A stretch of 64,000 bases of DNA. Source: Mytilus californianus (taxonomy: Eukaryota). Below the pieces are notes generated by a model, which was not told the DNA's origin, made no database searches, and saw only the letters and a list, made by a program, of their open reading frames with translations. Shown piece by piece: positions 12,421 to 26,005 of the stretch. Position numbers and translations under genes: made by a program. The first letter of the stretch is position 1. Each line of letters starts with the position of its first letter. The stretch is from NCBI RefSeq assembly GCF_021869535.1, contig NW_026262593.1, positions 14,260,001 through 14,324,000 on the forward strand, written 5' to 3'.

Positions 12421-14854
12421 AAAACATGTATAGCAGAAACAAATAAGGAAATCTAATGCATTTCAGCCTTCTGACTTAGGAAAGTAGTCAGCATAATTAT
12501 TCGGGATTAAACATGTCTGCGAGCGCTAAACTCTGCTCTACCCGGGGGCAGTGCGGTAACAACACTACATAGGATATAAACTATAACAAAAGTTCACACG
12601 CTGAATTGTCTCACATGCGTTACTATTCGTGATTATTTGCTGTTGATAGTCCTGAATATATAGTTTTACTACAAGTATCACATATAAACTTAACAATACC
12701 AATGATTATAAGAAATGCGTTCAATGTAAGATAAACCAAGCCAGATAGACATGTTCACCATGCAATCATTACAAAGTATAGAGGACTTATAGCTTTAAGT
12801 ATACAAAAAAATAAAACAGACCAAACCATTAAAACTAAATATTGACCAATGAACTATGAAAATAAGGTCAAGGTCAATAACCGTCTCCAGCTACATGTAT
12901 GCCTTATACATCACCTGCAAGATAGACTCCACAACCAAAACCAATGTAACGATTTCGTATAGAACTAATCGGCAAAATTTTGATTACACTATATGTTTGT
13001 GTCTTTGAAGAGATGTAAAACTGAGAAAATATCAGTTTCTGCAAATGACACTATAACAGAGTATTGAAATTGTTTATTTTCTTTGTTTGTTTAAAATTTT
13101 GAAAAAATATTGAATTTCTTCCAAATTTTTATTTGTTGCAATAACATTTTAAACTGATTGTATGTGAACATATTAGTTTGAATTTCTCAGTCATTTGTGT
13201 TAAATGTCTGTGATGTATGTTTTAAATTACACAGTTTTTTGCAGCTGGATCTCAATAATCTAGTCTCACGTTAACCAATTTTATGTCTGCTTGGATTGCT
13301 GACCTAATTTTGTCTATATAACGGAAATATAAACAATTGCCATACAAGTGGGAGGTTAGGCTAGCTATAAAACCAGGTTTAACCCACAATTTTCTTCGGA
13401 CAATGCCTATACCAAGTCATGAATATGACAGTTGTTTTACATTCGTTCCGTTTGTTAATATGGTGGATTTTTCAGGTTTTCTGGACTTGCAATTTTTAAT
13501 TTAACCGTGGAATTAGGTATTTTTGTTAATATTTTTAAGCATTGTATGGGTAAATAAGCCATTGTTTTTTTATAGTTTATCACGCGGTATGGATTTTGCT
13601 CATGTATAAAGTCCACGTGGTGACTACTTGTAGTTGTTTTCATCCTTCTTGCATGCATTTTTTGTGGATATTTGTCTTATTGGAAATCACACTACATCTC
13701 CTTATTTTATTTACGGTCTAAAAACTAGTTTCCCTTGGAGATCAACATATGTTGGATAAATAAAAGAAATTTAATGCCATTTAATGATTTGTAAAATAAT
13801 TTATGAATGAATTTTAATAAAAATATATAATGGGTTACATTGTAATGAAAGCAAGTCATTAGATACTTGAAATATATTAATGTTTTATGCAATATTGACA
13901 TTTCATAAGTTAACATTACTTATTTATAAAAAGACCTTCAATTGGATGCTCTAACTGAATTGGTTAATATGACACAGTCTTAAGAAAACAATTAACGTGA
14001 TGGCCCTTTGAACAAATATGCATGCTTACGGTGACCTATAGTTGTTTACTTCTATGTCATCTGTCTCTTATGTGGAGAGTTGTCTCATTAGCAATCATAC
14101 CATATCTTCTTATTTTCATATTAATCTATCTTCAAAGACTAAACGAAACGTAGGTCTTACCTTTCACGTGTGTCCACAGACAAAGTAAAAAAGCCATGAC
14201 ACAAATCAATACATGAACTGCAAAACAACACACAAAAAGCAAAGGAAAACCGCGTTTAGTGTTGTTCTTCATCTCGAAGTCACTGTGAGGCCTTCAACAC
14301 GTAGCAATAAGCTCTCACCTCACTGCAAGTTTAAAACGACCCTATGGAATCCGTTTGAGCGGAGATCTTTGCAAAATAAGTCGGGTAGACTTTGTAAGAT
14401 GTAACACCACCAAATCAGGCCCGGTCAAAAAGAACATACTAGGAAGGAGTACATATTCAAAACAAAACAGTTCCTACTAAAGGTGAAAATATCAAACTAT
14501 TTAAAATATCTTTTGCCAATTTAATGAAAGGTGGGTGAAGGACATGTGATCCTTGTAGAACACATTTTGACTGATAATTTTGAATAATACAAAAATGTAT
14601 GAATAAATCTAAAAAGGAGGGTATATATTGACTGTTTATTCTTATTGGTATAGATATTGTTATAAACATGTGTACATTCACGGTCTTACAATTAGTCGAT
14701 ACCTATATTTTTGTATTGCACAAGGTCATGTTTATTTTTGTATTTACACTAAATCAATTGGATGTTGGATTTCAACTGATTGATATTTTAGTCTTAGATT
14801 CACGATTTTTTTTTTGTTAGTTAATTGTTATTGGTTTTGAACTAGCCCTTAATA

Positions 14855-15210
14855 AATGCGAGTACTCTATGATCTGTCCTCTTCTCTGTGTCTTTTGTGA
14901 TTTTTATGTGCTTTGTATCGATCTGATGAGGTAAACTCTTCTGTGTGTGCCTGTCCCAAACCAAGAGCCTATAATTCGGTGGTTGTCGTTTGTTGCTGTA
15001 TATCATGTTTGTTATTCTTTCACTGGCCATTAGTTTTCTTGTTTGCATTGTTATACATTTATCATTTCGGGGCCTTTTATAACTTAATGTACGGTGTTGG
15101 TTTTGGTCATTGTTGAAGGCCGAACTGTGACAGATAGTTGTTAACTTCTAAATCATTTCGTCTCTGGTGGTGAGTCCACTTTTCTCATTGGCAGTAATAC
15201 CACATTTTAT
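14855..15210 (-). repeat. Dispersed repeat copy (GAGACAACTCTC family, reverse, diverged)
   Basis: Reverse complement matches 3455-3730 and 12118-12400. Confidence 0.65.
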
Positions 15211-15681
15211 TTATAGTGTTAGTATCGTAAACACACGACAGTTACCTCATCAAATATCCCATGGTAAGCGTACACTTAGACTTTTGACATCAAATTGTAG
15301 TAATTCCTTCTACCGGAATTCGTACACCAGTGAAAGGGTACACATTTCTTGAAAAACTGTGTTTACAAAATCCTAGTTTTCTTTAACTAAATGATGCTTT
15401 TGTATTATTTTTTACGTCATTTTCAATCGTCATTTTGTTAAATTAATGTTATATGTGTATCCTTTTTGCTTATAATAAATGTTTTATATATACAGTAACA
15501 ACATGTCATTTGTGGTCGCTATACACCATATTACATAAAATGGTTTTAAAGATATCTTATACTATATACAGTCTCGTGTGACTTTTCGACAGTACATCCG
15601 GTTGAATTTTTTATATTTTGTTGTTTCCACTTTCTTGTCGATATCTGAAATTGTTGAGTCGCATCCATAGAAGTAACCATC

Positions 15682-18600
15682 TTACGGTAATCCCACTTTC
15701 TTGTCGATATCGATATCTGAAATTCGTGAGTCGCATCCATAGAAGTAACCATCTGAGGATAATCCCACTTTCTTGAGATACACAATATATCCTACAAACT
15801 GAAAATATACTTAATCCTGTAAAATTTGCTTTAAGTTTTGACATATCATTTATATACAATTGTGTTTTTTTTCTCTCTCACTTTTGTGATTTAATCAGTC
15901 TATAAATTCAGGGTATACTATTGAAATTAGAAATAAATCGTTTCATTTTCCCTGAATATAGTTCTTAAGACAGAAGTTTCTATTTGGGTCGTTCATCCAG
16001 TTTTATCAATATAATAGAACTATAAACAACTGTCATACACGTCGGAGGCTTAGATATCTATAAAACAAGGTTTAACTCGCCATTTCCTTCAGAAAATGTC
16101 TACACCAAGTCAGGAATATGACATTGGTTTTCATTCGTTCCTTTGGTTAATACTATTCCTATTCCTACACTTATGAAGATGATGATAATCATCTTTAACC
16201 TGATAAGTTATACATTGTATGGTTATTCTAAGAACACATATGAAGTGTGTACACTAATATGTAAGATATGTACTATTTGTTATTAGGGTCTAGGGAAAAT
16301 GGTTTATTTTTTTAGTTGAAACTGGGCTTGAGTAGTACTCCTGTGCTAACATCAAATATCACTGATACTGTAATTTTCCGTCCATTCATGAATTAATGAT
16401 TTATTAATTGCTAATTAAATTCACAAAAGTTTTGCCATATGATTAATGATTTTTAATTGACATGCAAACTCGGTCTTCAGAAATACTGTGAAATTATATA
16501 CCTGGTGTAAATCGGATTGAAATATTAAACAATACCGAGGTCTATTAGAAAACAAACACTCAATCTCGTCGTGCAATAGTATAGAAATATCTAAGCTTTA
16601 CAGAAACATTCCCCTTTCTGGACAGAAATACAGAAACCTAATAGAAACAAATATCTACTTTTAGAAATATACAAATCGTTAACGAAAATAACTTTTTTTA
16701 AATATTATGCGCCTGACGCTTTTTTTTTTTTTTTTTGTGTTGTTGTTGTTGTTTTTACCTTCATTAGAAACGCCCCAAAACATTTGAAAGCCAGGGATAT
16801 TTGAATACTAGTACGTAGCCGGAGATATTTGAATACTAGTACGTAGCCGGGGATATTTGAATACTAGTACGTAGCCGGGGATATTTGAATACTATTACGT
16901 AGCCGGGGGTATTTGAATACTAGTACGTAGCCGGGTATATTTGAATACTAGTACGTAGCCGGAGATATTTGAATACTAGTACGTAGCCGGGGACATTTGA
17001 ATACTATTACGTAGCCGGGGATATTTGAATACTAGTACGTAGCCGGGGATATGTGAATACTAGTACGTAGATACTTTAGGAGGTATATAACCAAAAGGGA
17101 ACTTAAATGTAAAGGCAAATTCATCTAAGGTCAAATTAGCAAATATTAAGCCCCCCTCCCCCCCCCCCGGGAAAAAAGTAAAAGAATTTAAATGAGAATA
17201 CTAACGGCCTGATTTATGCTATAATAAAAGATGAATGTGTCTGAGGACACGAATGCCCCCGCTGAAGCTTCAATTAAACGAAAATGGGACGGACGGACGG
17301 ACGGACGTAAAGACGGAAATACAGAAGGACAGACGGCCGGACGGAAGGACGGAAAGACGGACGGTCAATGGTAACACTTTAGTGCGTTGGTGGTAACACT
17401 GAAGTGCTATGGATTACATAAACTATGTGTTCTATATTTTGCATGTTCAAATGTCGATGTAGGATTCAATGTGTTTGTTAGTAGCAGAATGTCAGGCTGT
17501 TAAGTAAATCGTCGATGGTATGAAGCAAATTAAATAGGACGATCTCTTTTACGAACTGTAACGAAGGACATTCAATATATTCTTGTATTTTAAATGTCGA
17601 AAACACCGTTTAAAAAATGTACATCAAAGGTAGAAATGGAACTATATTATTAGCAAGGTACTTTTAGATGATATTTTAACAGTATTTCATTATCCCAAAT
17701 TCTTATATGTATGATAAACAGGCTTATTGCATGATGAGAATTCATTTTACGATTGTACTATTCCAACGAATACATATGATCAATACTTAAATGTCTTAAA
17801 TGCCATAAACTTTTGATGGACAATAATGAATGCAAATGTATGCACTTACTAATGCAAAACAATATTTCTAATAATAAATGCAAATGTTGATTTTAAACCA
17901 GCAATCACGCGTGATATGAATCATCTCACATCAGCAAAAGGTTAATCACACTTCGTCGAAGACCATCGCACTTCAGTGTGACCATCGCACATAAGTGCAA
18001 ACATATATCCTAGTTCCGATATTTCATGGCTTCAGTTTCATATATTGATTTCCAAGATAAAAGGTTGCGGTTTACAATAAAACCTCTAGAAGCAAAGATT
18101 CCAAGTGGTAAAACTGAATTAATCGATTTGAAGGTTTTATCGGCACCCCTATGAGTTGGTTGACCGTTATGAAATTTTATTGTCACAAAGGATCACGCAT
18201 ATGTTCAAATTGTAATAGTCACAATGCCATCTTATTTTGCTCGATTTAAACATCACAAAATGTAACTTTTAATAGATTTTCCATCGCCGAGTAGTAACTC
18301 GACGGATGTCATTAATGAAACAAGAACGTCTCACCCTTAAATAGCAAACTAAATACACCAATAGTTGTGATTGAAAGGGTTCTGTATTTAGTGCTTTTTC
18401 ATGTTGCATTGTCAGTGTTGTTTTCAGTGGAAACAGTCTTGTCTATCCTTTGTCTCAAATTATTCTATTTTCACAAATTTGGAGGTTTAAAAATATACAT
18501 GCCCAATGATTTAGGAATTTGGAGATGTCTTAAAGTTGAAAAAAAGAAAGAAACATTTATCCATTATGTTGGATGTTCAATGACGAAGACTTATCAACAG

Positions 18601-21600
18601 TTGGGAGGCTTAATCTTATACCAAGTTGAAGATCATAAAAAAACGAATATTCCAAAACGTTTTGCCAAATACGGCTTATAAATTTATGCCTAGGGTAGAA
18701 CAGCCTGATAAATATAACATTTTATAAACAGAAAAGTTATAGAAAACGAACGAATCAATAATAGTTAGGGTCGGCACAAAATAGCTTACTACCAGACTGA
18801 TGCTACCTTAAGGTACAAAACATCCAACCGACGAAGCATCAACCAAGTGGTTGTGAATAACCCATCTAATATATCAAGCTTCAAAAGACTCATCAGTGGC
18901 GCTCGAATGAAAACGGGTTGAAGACCACTTCAAAAACGATGTTGAAAAGAATTTAAAATCAAAACCGAATAATTCGAGAATCACACTGTTTGAACTCTTG
19001 AACTGTTTGATATTTTGTTATCCCTGAACCTTTATAATAGCTTAATACATGGTTAGGGTTTTGATCATTGTTGAAGGTAAATTTAGAGTGAGCTCATTGG
19101 CCTTCATATAACATGATTGTCCTCGTGTTCACACATATAATCTCATCGACATCACTATACATTCTAATATTACCTTCATTAATCCTAATATTCCACTGGA
19201 AATGCAATAAAAATATCCATCGATCTGTCTTATGTCACGTGGTGATAAATACAATCTAAGAACTGAACAACTTATAATGCACAACACTCCTATCAAATAA
19301 AAATAAAAGGAAATTAAGATAATGTATCTTAAACATTGACTGCATAACCTTCAGGATCTAAAATCTAAGAAGGAGATGTGAATTTTGCTGAATGGATTTA
19401 TCTCATTATGTCGATACCACTGCAGGTGAACTGTTAGTCCTGGAAGGTATCATCATGCAGTTCAGTTGACAGTGCTTTGATCCTGCCATAATTTATAAGA
19501 TTTTTTTCTGAAAAATTCCATGTTGATGAATGAAGAAAATATTAATAAACTATGGCTCCAACTTCCAGAAGCAAAATTGACCTTAGATGAAGTTAGCTAT
19601 TCTTTTTCTTTCCTTTTTTTGTCATCCTACGTATTTATACATGACTGACTTTTAAATGTTTGTGTTTGAGCGTTACTGATGCAAGTTAATCCACAAAAGC
19701 AATTCGGACGCACGAAATTTGTAAAGTATTAATTTCATCTACAGTCCGAAAGTTGATAAAAACTAGTTAAATTTGATGTATGTTAGGATTTTTTATGGTA
19801 GAACTGTCATGACCAGTTCTAGAGTAAAACTGTCAAAATCAGTCCTATTGCAGATCTGTATAAACATGTCATAGGCTAGACATGATACTGTCAGAAACTG
19901 TTCTATATACTGTTCTAGAACGGTTCCCCTGACAGATTTTGATCTCAATAGAGTGTCATAGGGTAGACATGCTCCTGTCAGAAACTGTTCTATATACTGT
20001 TCTACATACTGTTCTAGAACGGTTCTCCTGACAGATTTTGATCTCAATAGAGTGTCATAGGGTAGACATGCTCCTGTCAGAAACTGTTCTATATACTGTT
20101 CTACATACTGTTCTAGAACGGTTCTCCTGACAGATTTTGATCTCAATAGAGTGTCATAGGGTAGACATGCTCCTGTCAGAAACTGTTCTATAAACTGTTC
20201 TACATACTGTTCTAGAACGGTTCTCCTGACAGATTTTGATCTTAATAGAGGTTAGAACTGATCCCAATAGAAGTTCTTTCCCGAAAGTTCGGATGTTACT
20301 TAGCATATAGAGCGTGTCGTATGTGGGAACCAATATCTTGGTGACCCAAAGGCAGCCTGTCCAAAAAAGCATCACATTGCTTAGGAGCAATGTAATAAAC
20401 AAACCATTATGATATAGATTAGTGAGCACAACCTTGATAACTTGTGACTGAATAGAAAACTTACTTGAATCATTCTAAGCGAGATGATTTCGGGACATAC
20501 ATGTATTAAGAAACACAAAGAATTGTATTTTTCATTTACTTATAAACTGAGAGATGTTTGAAGTTTAAAGTTAGATATAGTTTTAACTCACCTACTACGA
20601 ATCCTTCTAACAATATCCATACCCAACGGAAACAGTCACTAAAGCATAATCCTAGGAAAATTTTGCTGACTGTACACGTTGTACACCAAGAAAAAAATAT
20701 GTGAAAACAACAAACGCTATGTGGAAGCAGAAAGATGACTATGATGAACTGGAAGAAGACACATATTGCTTGTGTATAGTAAAAGAATTCAAAAGCATAT
20801 TCTCCTAAAATATAAAAATACATACATGGTCATAAAACAGGGACGAACGTTATTTGTTTAAAGAGTGTCCGAAAATGAAAGTTTATTCTCCTGTATGTTT
20901 AAAAACAATAATGATATATTTTGGATATTGTTTGCCTTAAGACTTAACAAACTATTTGCCTGATATATAAAATGTCTATTATGGGCATGTGTATCGTTTG
21001 CATTGAACACAAAGATCCCTGGGTTTGAATACATTGAATGAAATATGTTCTATAGGAGCCAACTGAGCTCTTCATTTTATCGACTTGTTCCTTTAATCAT
21101 ATGAGGAGGAAAGAAGCAAGCACTATCATTTAACATCACATTCTACTTCACTTGTAGATGATGTACTCTCACCTAATAATACAAAATTTGGTGACTATGT
21201 TGAACTCAGTTTCATCGAACTTGAAATAAAGGATATCTCAGAAAAAGTTAAGTCCGCGTCATATCTTGACATACATCTAGAAATTGACAATGATGGTTGA
21301 CGGTTGAGAACAAAACTTTACGACACAAAATATAATTTCAGCTTTCTGATTACGACCCTTCCGTTTCTATGTACAACATTCCAGCAGGCTTGCACATGGA
21401 GTATACGTCTCAAATCTTTCAGTTGATACGATATTCCAGAGCTTGCGTTTTCTATCATGATTTCTAGGATAGAGTGGTGCTGTCTTCATGGAAGTTAATG
21501 AATTGAATACTCATTAGTGGTCAAGTTGAAATAATCACTTGAGAAGTTTACAGGCGACATCATGAGTTGGTTGTCCGTTATGTAATATCTGTGTCACAGC

Positions 21601-23247
21601 TGACCACGTACATGTTACACCTTTCGTAGTCATTGTCTAGTTCGTTTTTCCTCTATTGTGACATCACCGAACGAGACTTAGCAACGAATGAGTGCCTACT
21701 ATGAGCAACACGACGGATGCTACTTGTGGAGCAGGATATTATAACCCGTCCGGGCAACTGATATAATCCATGGTATTAGTTTGTACACAATGGTCTTAAA
21801 GTAAAGATTCTGGGTACTGACGTTGTTTATCATCTTAATAACGTGTTATATAGTATTCTTGTATTTGTCTTTTTGAATATTACTTTTACTGTTTAGTTTA
21901 TTTTTGGTGTTATTCATTTGACGTGGCTCGGTACTTATACATCCCGTCATTGTGTTATTGTGCTATGGTAAATTTTTGTATTCTCGTCTTTCATTTTTGC
22001 TTATGTGCTTTGTCTTTATGTCTTTTTGTGTTTATTTGTTACATATTTGTTTGTTTTCATAGTGATTAAGATTATAACACAATGTTGACTGTTGTACCCC
22101 TATTTTGACATTTTTACCTATTATGTCTGTTTGTTTTGTTCACACATCATTATCAATATAATGGAATTTAATGCGACTGTCATACAAGTGAGAGGTTTAG
22201 CTAGCTATAAAACCAGTTTTAATCCACCATTTCTACATAAGAAAATGCCTGTACCAAGTCAGGAATATGTCAGTTGTTATCCATATGGTCGTTTGATGTG
22301 TTTGAGCTTTTGATTTTGAAATTTGATAAGGGACTTTCCGTTTTGAATTTCCTCGGAGTTCAGTATTTTTTTTATTTTCCTTTTTTTTGTAGGTAGTGTT
22401 GTATAGACTGTTGTTCGTCTTTTCGTTTCTTTTTGTCATTAATTAGTCAGCCTCTCTTCGAATTATGAATTTGATTCTCCCCATGATGTTTCCCGCCTTT
22501 TTTTTACCAAATAACAGAAGAACAACAAAATATATCTCTAACATGAATATATGACTATTTCTTAATTTTTTTTTGTCAGGTGATATTTGTAGTAGAAAAT
22601 CACCCTCGCGACCATCGTACTTAAGTTTGCGCTGCAGAAATTGAAATTAAATGTTTGGCAGGAAATGCTAACCTGAATTTAACACGTAAACTGTTTGAGA
22701 GAAAATAGTGCTATACTGTATACTATAAGTACAAGTAACAAAATTTTATTACATTTACATGCAAGTTTTATTTACTCCCGATGTATGGTGTTAAGATGTA
22801 AGTTTTATAACATAAAAATCAATATTTATTTGCTTTTTGTTTCGCTTATATACTTATTTGCTTATTTGCCTAACCGTTTTCGCATGTTTTAAGATTATGA
22901 GTATTATTGAGTATTGAAATAACTTATAAGGTCTTATAAATTAGCACCATAATCTTTGTAAATATATGCAGATAGCAGGAAATATAAACGTAACTCTACT
23001 CACCCATACTTCTCGTTGAATTTGGGAAACCATCTTCATTTTCTAACTTAAAAGTACAAGAATCGCTAGAGGGGAGTACTCTACAAAGATCTGATGTATC
23101 CGTTTTTTGGTTGAAAGGATCTAGCTTCAAAAATCCTATTAACTCCAAAGAAAAACCTCCCCCAACTAATACAAGTAGAACGAACGGTAGAAAGATACAG
23201 TTTTTGCTATTGCCTTTCGAATTTCGTTCGTCCCTATTTACCTCCAT
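15682..23247 (-). CDS. Uncharacterised four-transmembrane protein, paralog A (229 aa, C-tail truncated). Exons 23247-23004, 20804-20592, 19289-19174, 15798-15682
   Basis: All introns are GT-AG with phases 1,1,0 shared with paralog B. Translation: MEVNRDERNSKGNSKNCIFLPFVLLVLVGGGFSLELIGFLKLDPF...MG/EYAFEFFYYTQAICVFFQF...WVWILLEGFVV/GVLCIISCSVLRLYLSPRDIRQIDGYFYCISSGILGLMK/FVGYIVYLKKVGLSSDGYFYGC...VGLP*. The last exon has a ~70-bp internal duplication with an early stop. Confidence 0.8.
16795..17070. repeat. 28-bp minisatellite, 10 units, in intron 3 of paralog A
   Basis: Unit GATATTTGAATACTAGTACGTAGCCGGG at 28-bp period (GAATAC at 16803, 16831, 16859...). No spacers. Confidence 0.95.
17228..17400 (+). 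repeat. Fragment of a (GGAC)n-containing non-autonomous element (pearl/HINE-like bivalve repeat)
   Basis: GTGTCTGAGGACACGAATGCCCCC followed by a GGAC microsatellite. A similarly organised element in opposite orientation lies at ~33420-33520. Confidence 0.5.
18090..18350 (+). mobile_element. Penelope-like element 3' fragment, degenerate
   Basis: TATGAGTTGGTTGACCGTTATG segment shared with the other PLE fragments. Confidence 0.55.
19870..20250. repeat. 99-bp tandem repeat, ~4 copies, with an internal 12-bp subrepeat, in intron 2 of paralog A
   Basis: GTAGACATGCTCCTGTCAGAAACTG at 19963, 20062 and 20161; internal (TATACTGTTCTA)-type subunits. Confidence 0.93.
21060..21770 (+). mobile_element. 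Penelope-like RT fragment, degenerate, in intron 1 of paralog A
   Basis: GTAGATGATGTACTCTCA (DDVLS-type RT motif C region), TCATATCTTGACATACATCTAGAAATTGAC, TTGAGAACAAAACTTTACGAC; frameshifted. Confidence 0.75.
21905..22400. repeat. Dispersed repeat copy (CCTGTACCAAGTCAGGAATATG family)
   Basis: Shared segments at ~2210-2350, 13340-13520 and 16020-16150; reverse copies at 51740-52150 and 53030-53250. Confidence 0.8.
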
Positions 23248-24385
23248 GTTATAATGTTAGATTTAACTGTCATATATTAATAGACCAATGTATTTCATTG
23301 GCATTGAATAGGATAATTCATCCGTACAACTAAAGAGGAAGTAAAAAATATAAAAATTTCTTCTTTCAGCGGAACACTTCCGTTACATTTTTTAAAATCC
23401 CATGAGAATAAATATTCTTTTCATCAATATTTTAATTTATATTGTCCTTACGTTAAAAAAAACGACCATCCGATATAGCTTACACATATCGTGCCGGAAC
23501 TGTAGTGATCGGGGAACATTTCCCTGGCTGTCATCAAACAAAACAAATGGGTTATATGATATTTGTTTTTATCGGCCATTTGGACATTTTTCCTTTGAGC
23601 CTACTGCCTAATATTTTATAAAGAAAGGACAGAACGTGATACTGGAGAATATTAAGCAATGACGTGACGTAACAATACAACAATGACACGTTTTCATGTC
23701 AATCCGCGTCAATTTATCAATGAAATGCAGGCAACGTCTATTATACAACCCAACAACTATCACAACGCTGTGTAAACGTAAATAAATGACTGAAAGTATT
23801 ATTATAATGTAAGAATATTTTCAATGCAAATAAAAAAAATATCAAGGTCAAGTAAACGTAAATATTTCAATATTTCTGGTGGTGGTAAAATACGTAGTGC
23901 AAATATCAGGTAAATAGTTTATTGCAAAAATATGTCTAGCGTAAAAAAAAATCTATTTCTCAAGATGAAAAAAAAAAAATTTAATTGAATTTCACAAAAT
24001 AAACAGAAACATGTACAAATACCTGGTAATGAAAAATACACTAAGGCAGGGGTAATTCGAAATATAAGTTCAGGTTTCAGACCAGGCATATATTCTGACT
24101 TTCTCGCGAAAAGGGGGGGGGGGGGGGGGGGGTAAAAAGGGGGGGGGGGCTATTATCCTCGCATTTTGTTCAGGGAATATAAACCCAATGCCTGGAATGT
24201 CACATTATATTCCCTCTCTAAGACCTGAATAACATATGATATGCCTCCGGTTCGCCCTAGTGTCAGTACAACAATAACCACAACAACATCAAGAATGCCA
24301 TATATACGTGTGCTTTACTCGTGCAACTCGTAAATATTTTCATTGCTTCTTTTTATAGATTGAACAGCAACTGCACAGTGTATAG

Positions 24386-25040
24386 TGTTACGGCCAGAAA
24401 TCACCTTTAAATTGTAGCCAACAAAAAACACAAAATTAATAATAAAATTTAACAAGATCATTATACACAAGTTTACAAGAAATATTATACAAATTGAAAT
24501 GTCACCTTAACTGTTTAAAAATATATGTCCGATCCTTTGTCTTTTCTTTATCCGGAATTCTTCTCTTAACTGTACGGAATCCAATGAAATATGTCCAATA
24601 CGTTCACAATCTAGTGTGATGTTGATCGTAAATAAAAGTGTCAATTCAACAACTCCAGAGATCTTCTGAGAATCCAAGTATATTAATGTCGGTCTCTCTA
24701 ATTTCGGTGTCTGTATATAAAGTTGCCACGGAAACTTCTAGAACACTGTAGAAGAGAAACTCCTAGAAATCTATAGAAGGGAAACTTCTAGAATACTTTA
24801 GAAGTTTAAATTACGCATCGTTGATTATGATCATTCTGGAATTATTATGTAAGTCAAATAGAAAGTTCTAACATTCCATCAGTAGCTATGATTGTTCCAG
24901 TGATTTCTAAACTGCGCAATTATAACATTATTTTGTAAACAACTATAACCCAATTATATAAATATATTATGCATGTTATAAGGCCACACAAAACAAATTA
25001 GGCCAAGATAAATAAACACGATAATTACAATATCATAACA
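24386..25040. mobile_element. Solo LTR, 655 bp, with 4-bp TSD (Gypsy-like)
   Basis: ATAG|TGTTACG ... CATAACA|ATAG: TG...CA termini, 7-bp terminal inverted repeat with 1 mismatch, ATAG at 24382-24385 and 25041-25044. Confidence 0.75.
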
Positions 25041-25229
25041 ATAGTTTATTGAATATCAGGACAAAGGCCCATTGATTATATTGTACTGTGACGTCACAGT
25101 TAATTTATTACAGAGAACGTTTGAGAAAATAATTAAAAAAATTGTATAAGTGATCAATGAACCACGGCATAAATATTAAGGTCAGATGTACCATGTCAAA
25201 AGAGCATGTACACCGTACAATCTTTCTTG

Positions 25230-26005
25230 CCGACTAGTTCCTTTATTCATATGAGACTGATTTCAACAAGGAGCTTCTTTAGAAGAATAAAAAAAGGTAG
25301 AATTATCCTTTAACATCGCATTCCGTTGTATAGATGATGTCCTCTCACTAAATTTTTCAAAGTTTGATGACTATGTTAAACACATCTATACCATTGAACT
25401 TGAATAAAGGGAAATATGACTTACATCTAGAAATTGTAAATGAGGGTCGGTTGAGAACAAAACTTTACGACAAAAGAGATGACTTTAACCTCCCAATTGT
25501 GAACTTTCCATTCCCATGCAGCAACATTCCAGCAGCGCCTGTATTTGGAGTAGATATCTCCCATTTGATAGGATATTCCAGAAATTGCATTTCCTATTAC
25601 GATTTATTTGGTAAAGCGTTCTGCTGACAGGGAAACTATCAAACTTAAGAGTTCAAAGTGCTCAAGTTGTAATCATTCCTTCGAAAACTTTACGGGCACC
25701 ATCACGAGTTGGTGACCATAATGGAATATCTGTTTCATGGACGACGAAGAATATATTCCAATTGACGTAGTCGTAATCCCGTCCTATTTTCCTCGTATGT
25801 GACATCAACGAATTAGACAAATCAATTGGTACGTACATGAGCAACACGACGAGTGCTACATGTTGACAAGATCTGCTTACCCTTCCGTGCAACTGTTACG
25901 CAGTCTTCAGTTTTCCATGTTGTGTTTTGTATTCTATTATTTGTCTTTTTGTCCTTTTTTTGCAATGGCGTTGTCAATTTGACATCGACCTATGAGTTTG
26001 ACTCA
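25230..26005 (+). mobile_element. Penelope-like RT 3' fragment
   Basis: ORF 25364-25627 contains LHLEIVNEGRLRTKLYDKRDDFNLPIVNFPFPCSNIPAAPVFGVDISHLIGYSRNC. Upstream RYIDDVLS-like DNA (CGTTGTATAGATGATGTCCTCTCA); same 3' tail as 37-160. Confidence 0.85.

Noticed and set aside
16795-17070. CRISPR array
   Set aside because: The repeats abut with no unique spacers, there are no cas genes, and the context is eukaryotic.
19793-20429. ORFs with a 33-aa repeat
   Set aside because: Translation of a 99-bp intronic tandem repeat.
24113-24149. G-quadruplex or regulatory poly-G
   Set aside because: Simple homopolymer runs of uncertain length; no further support.
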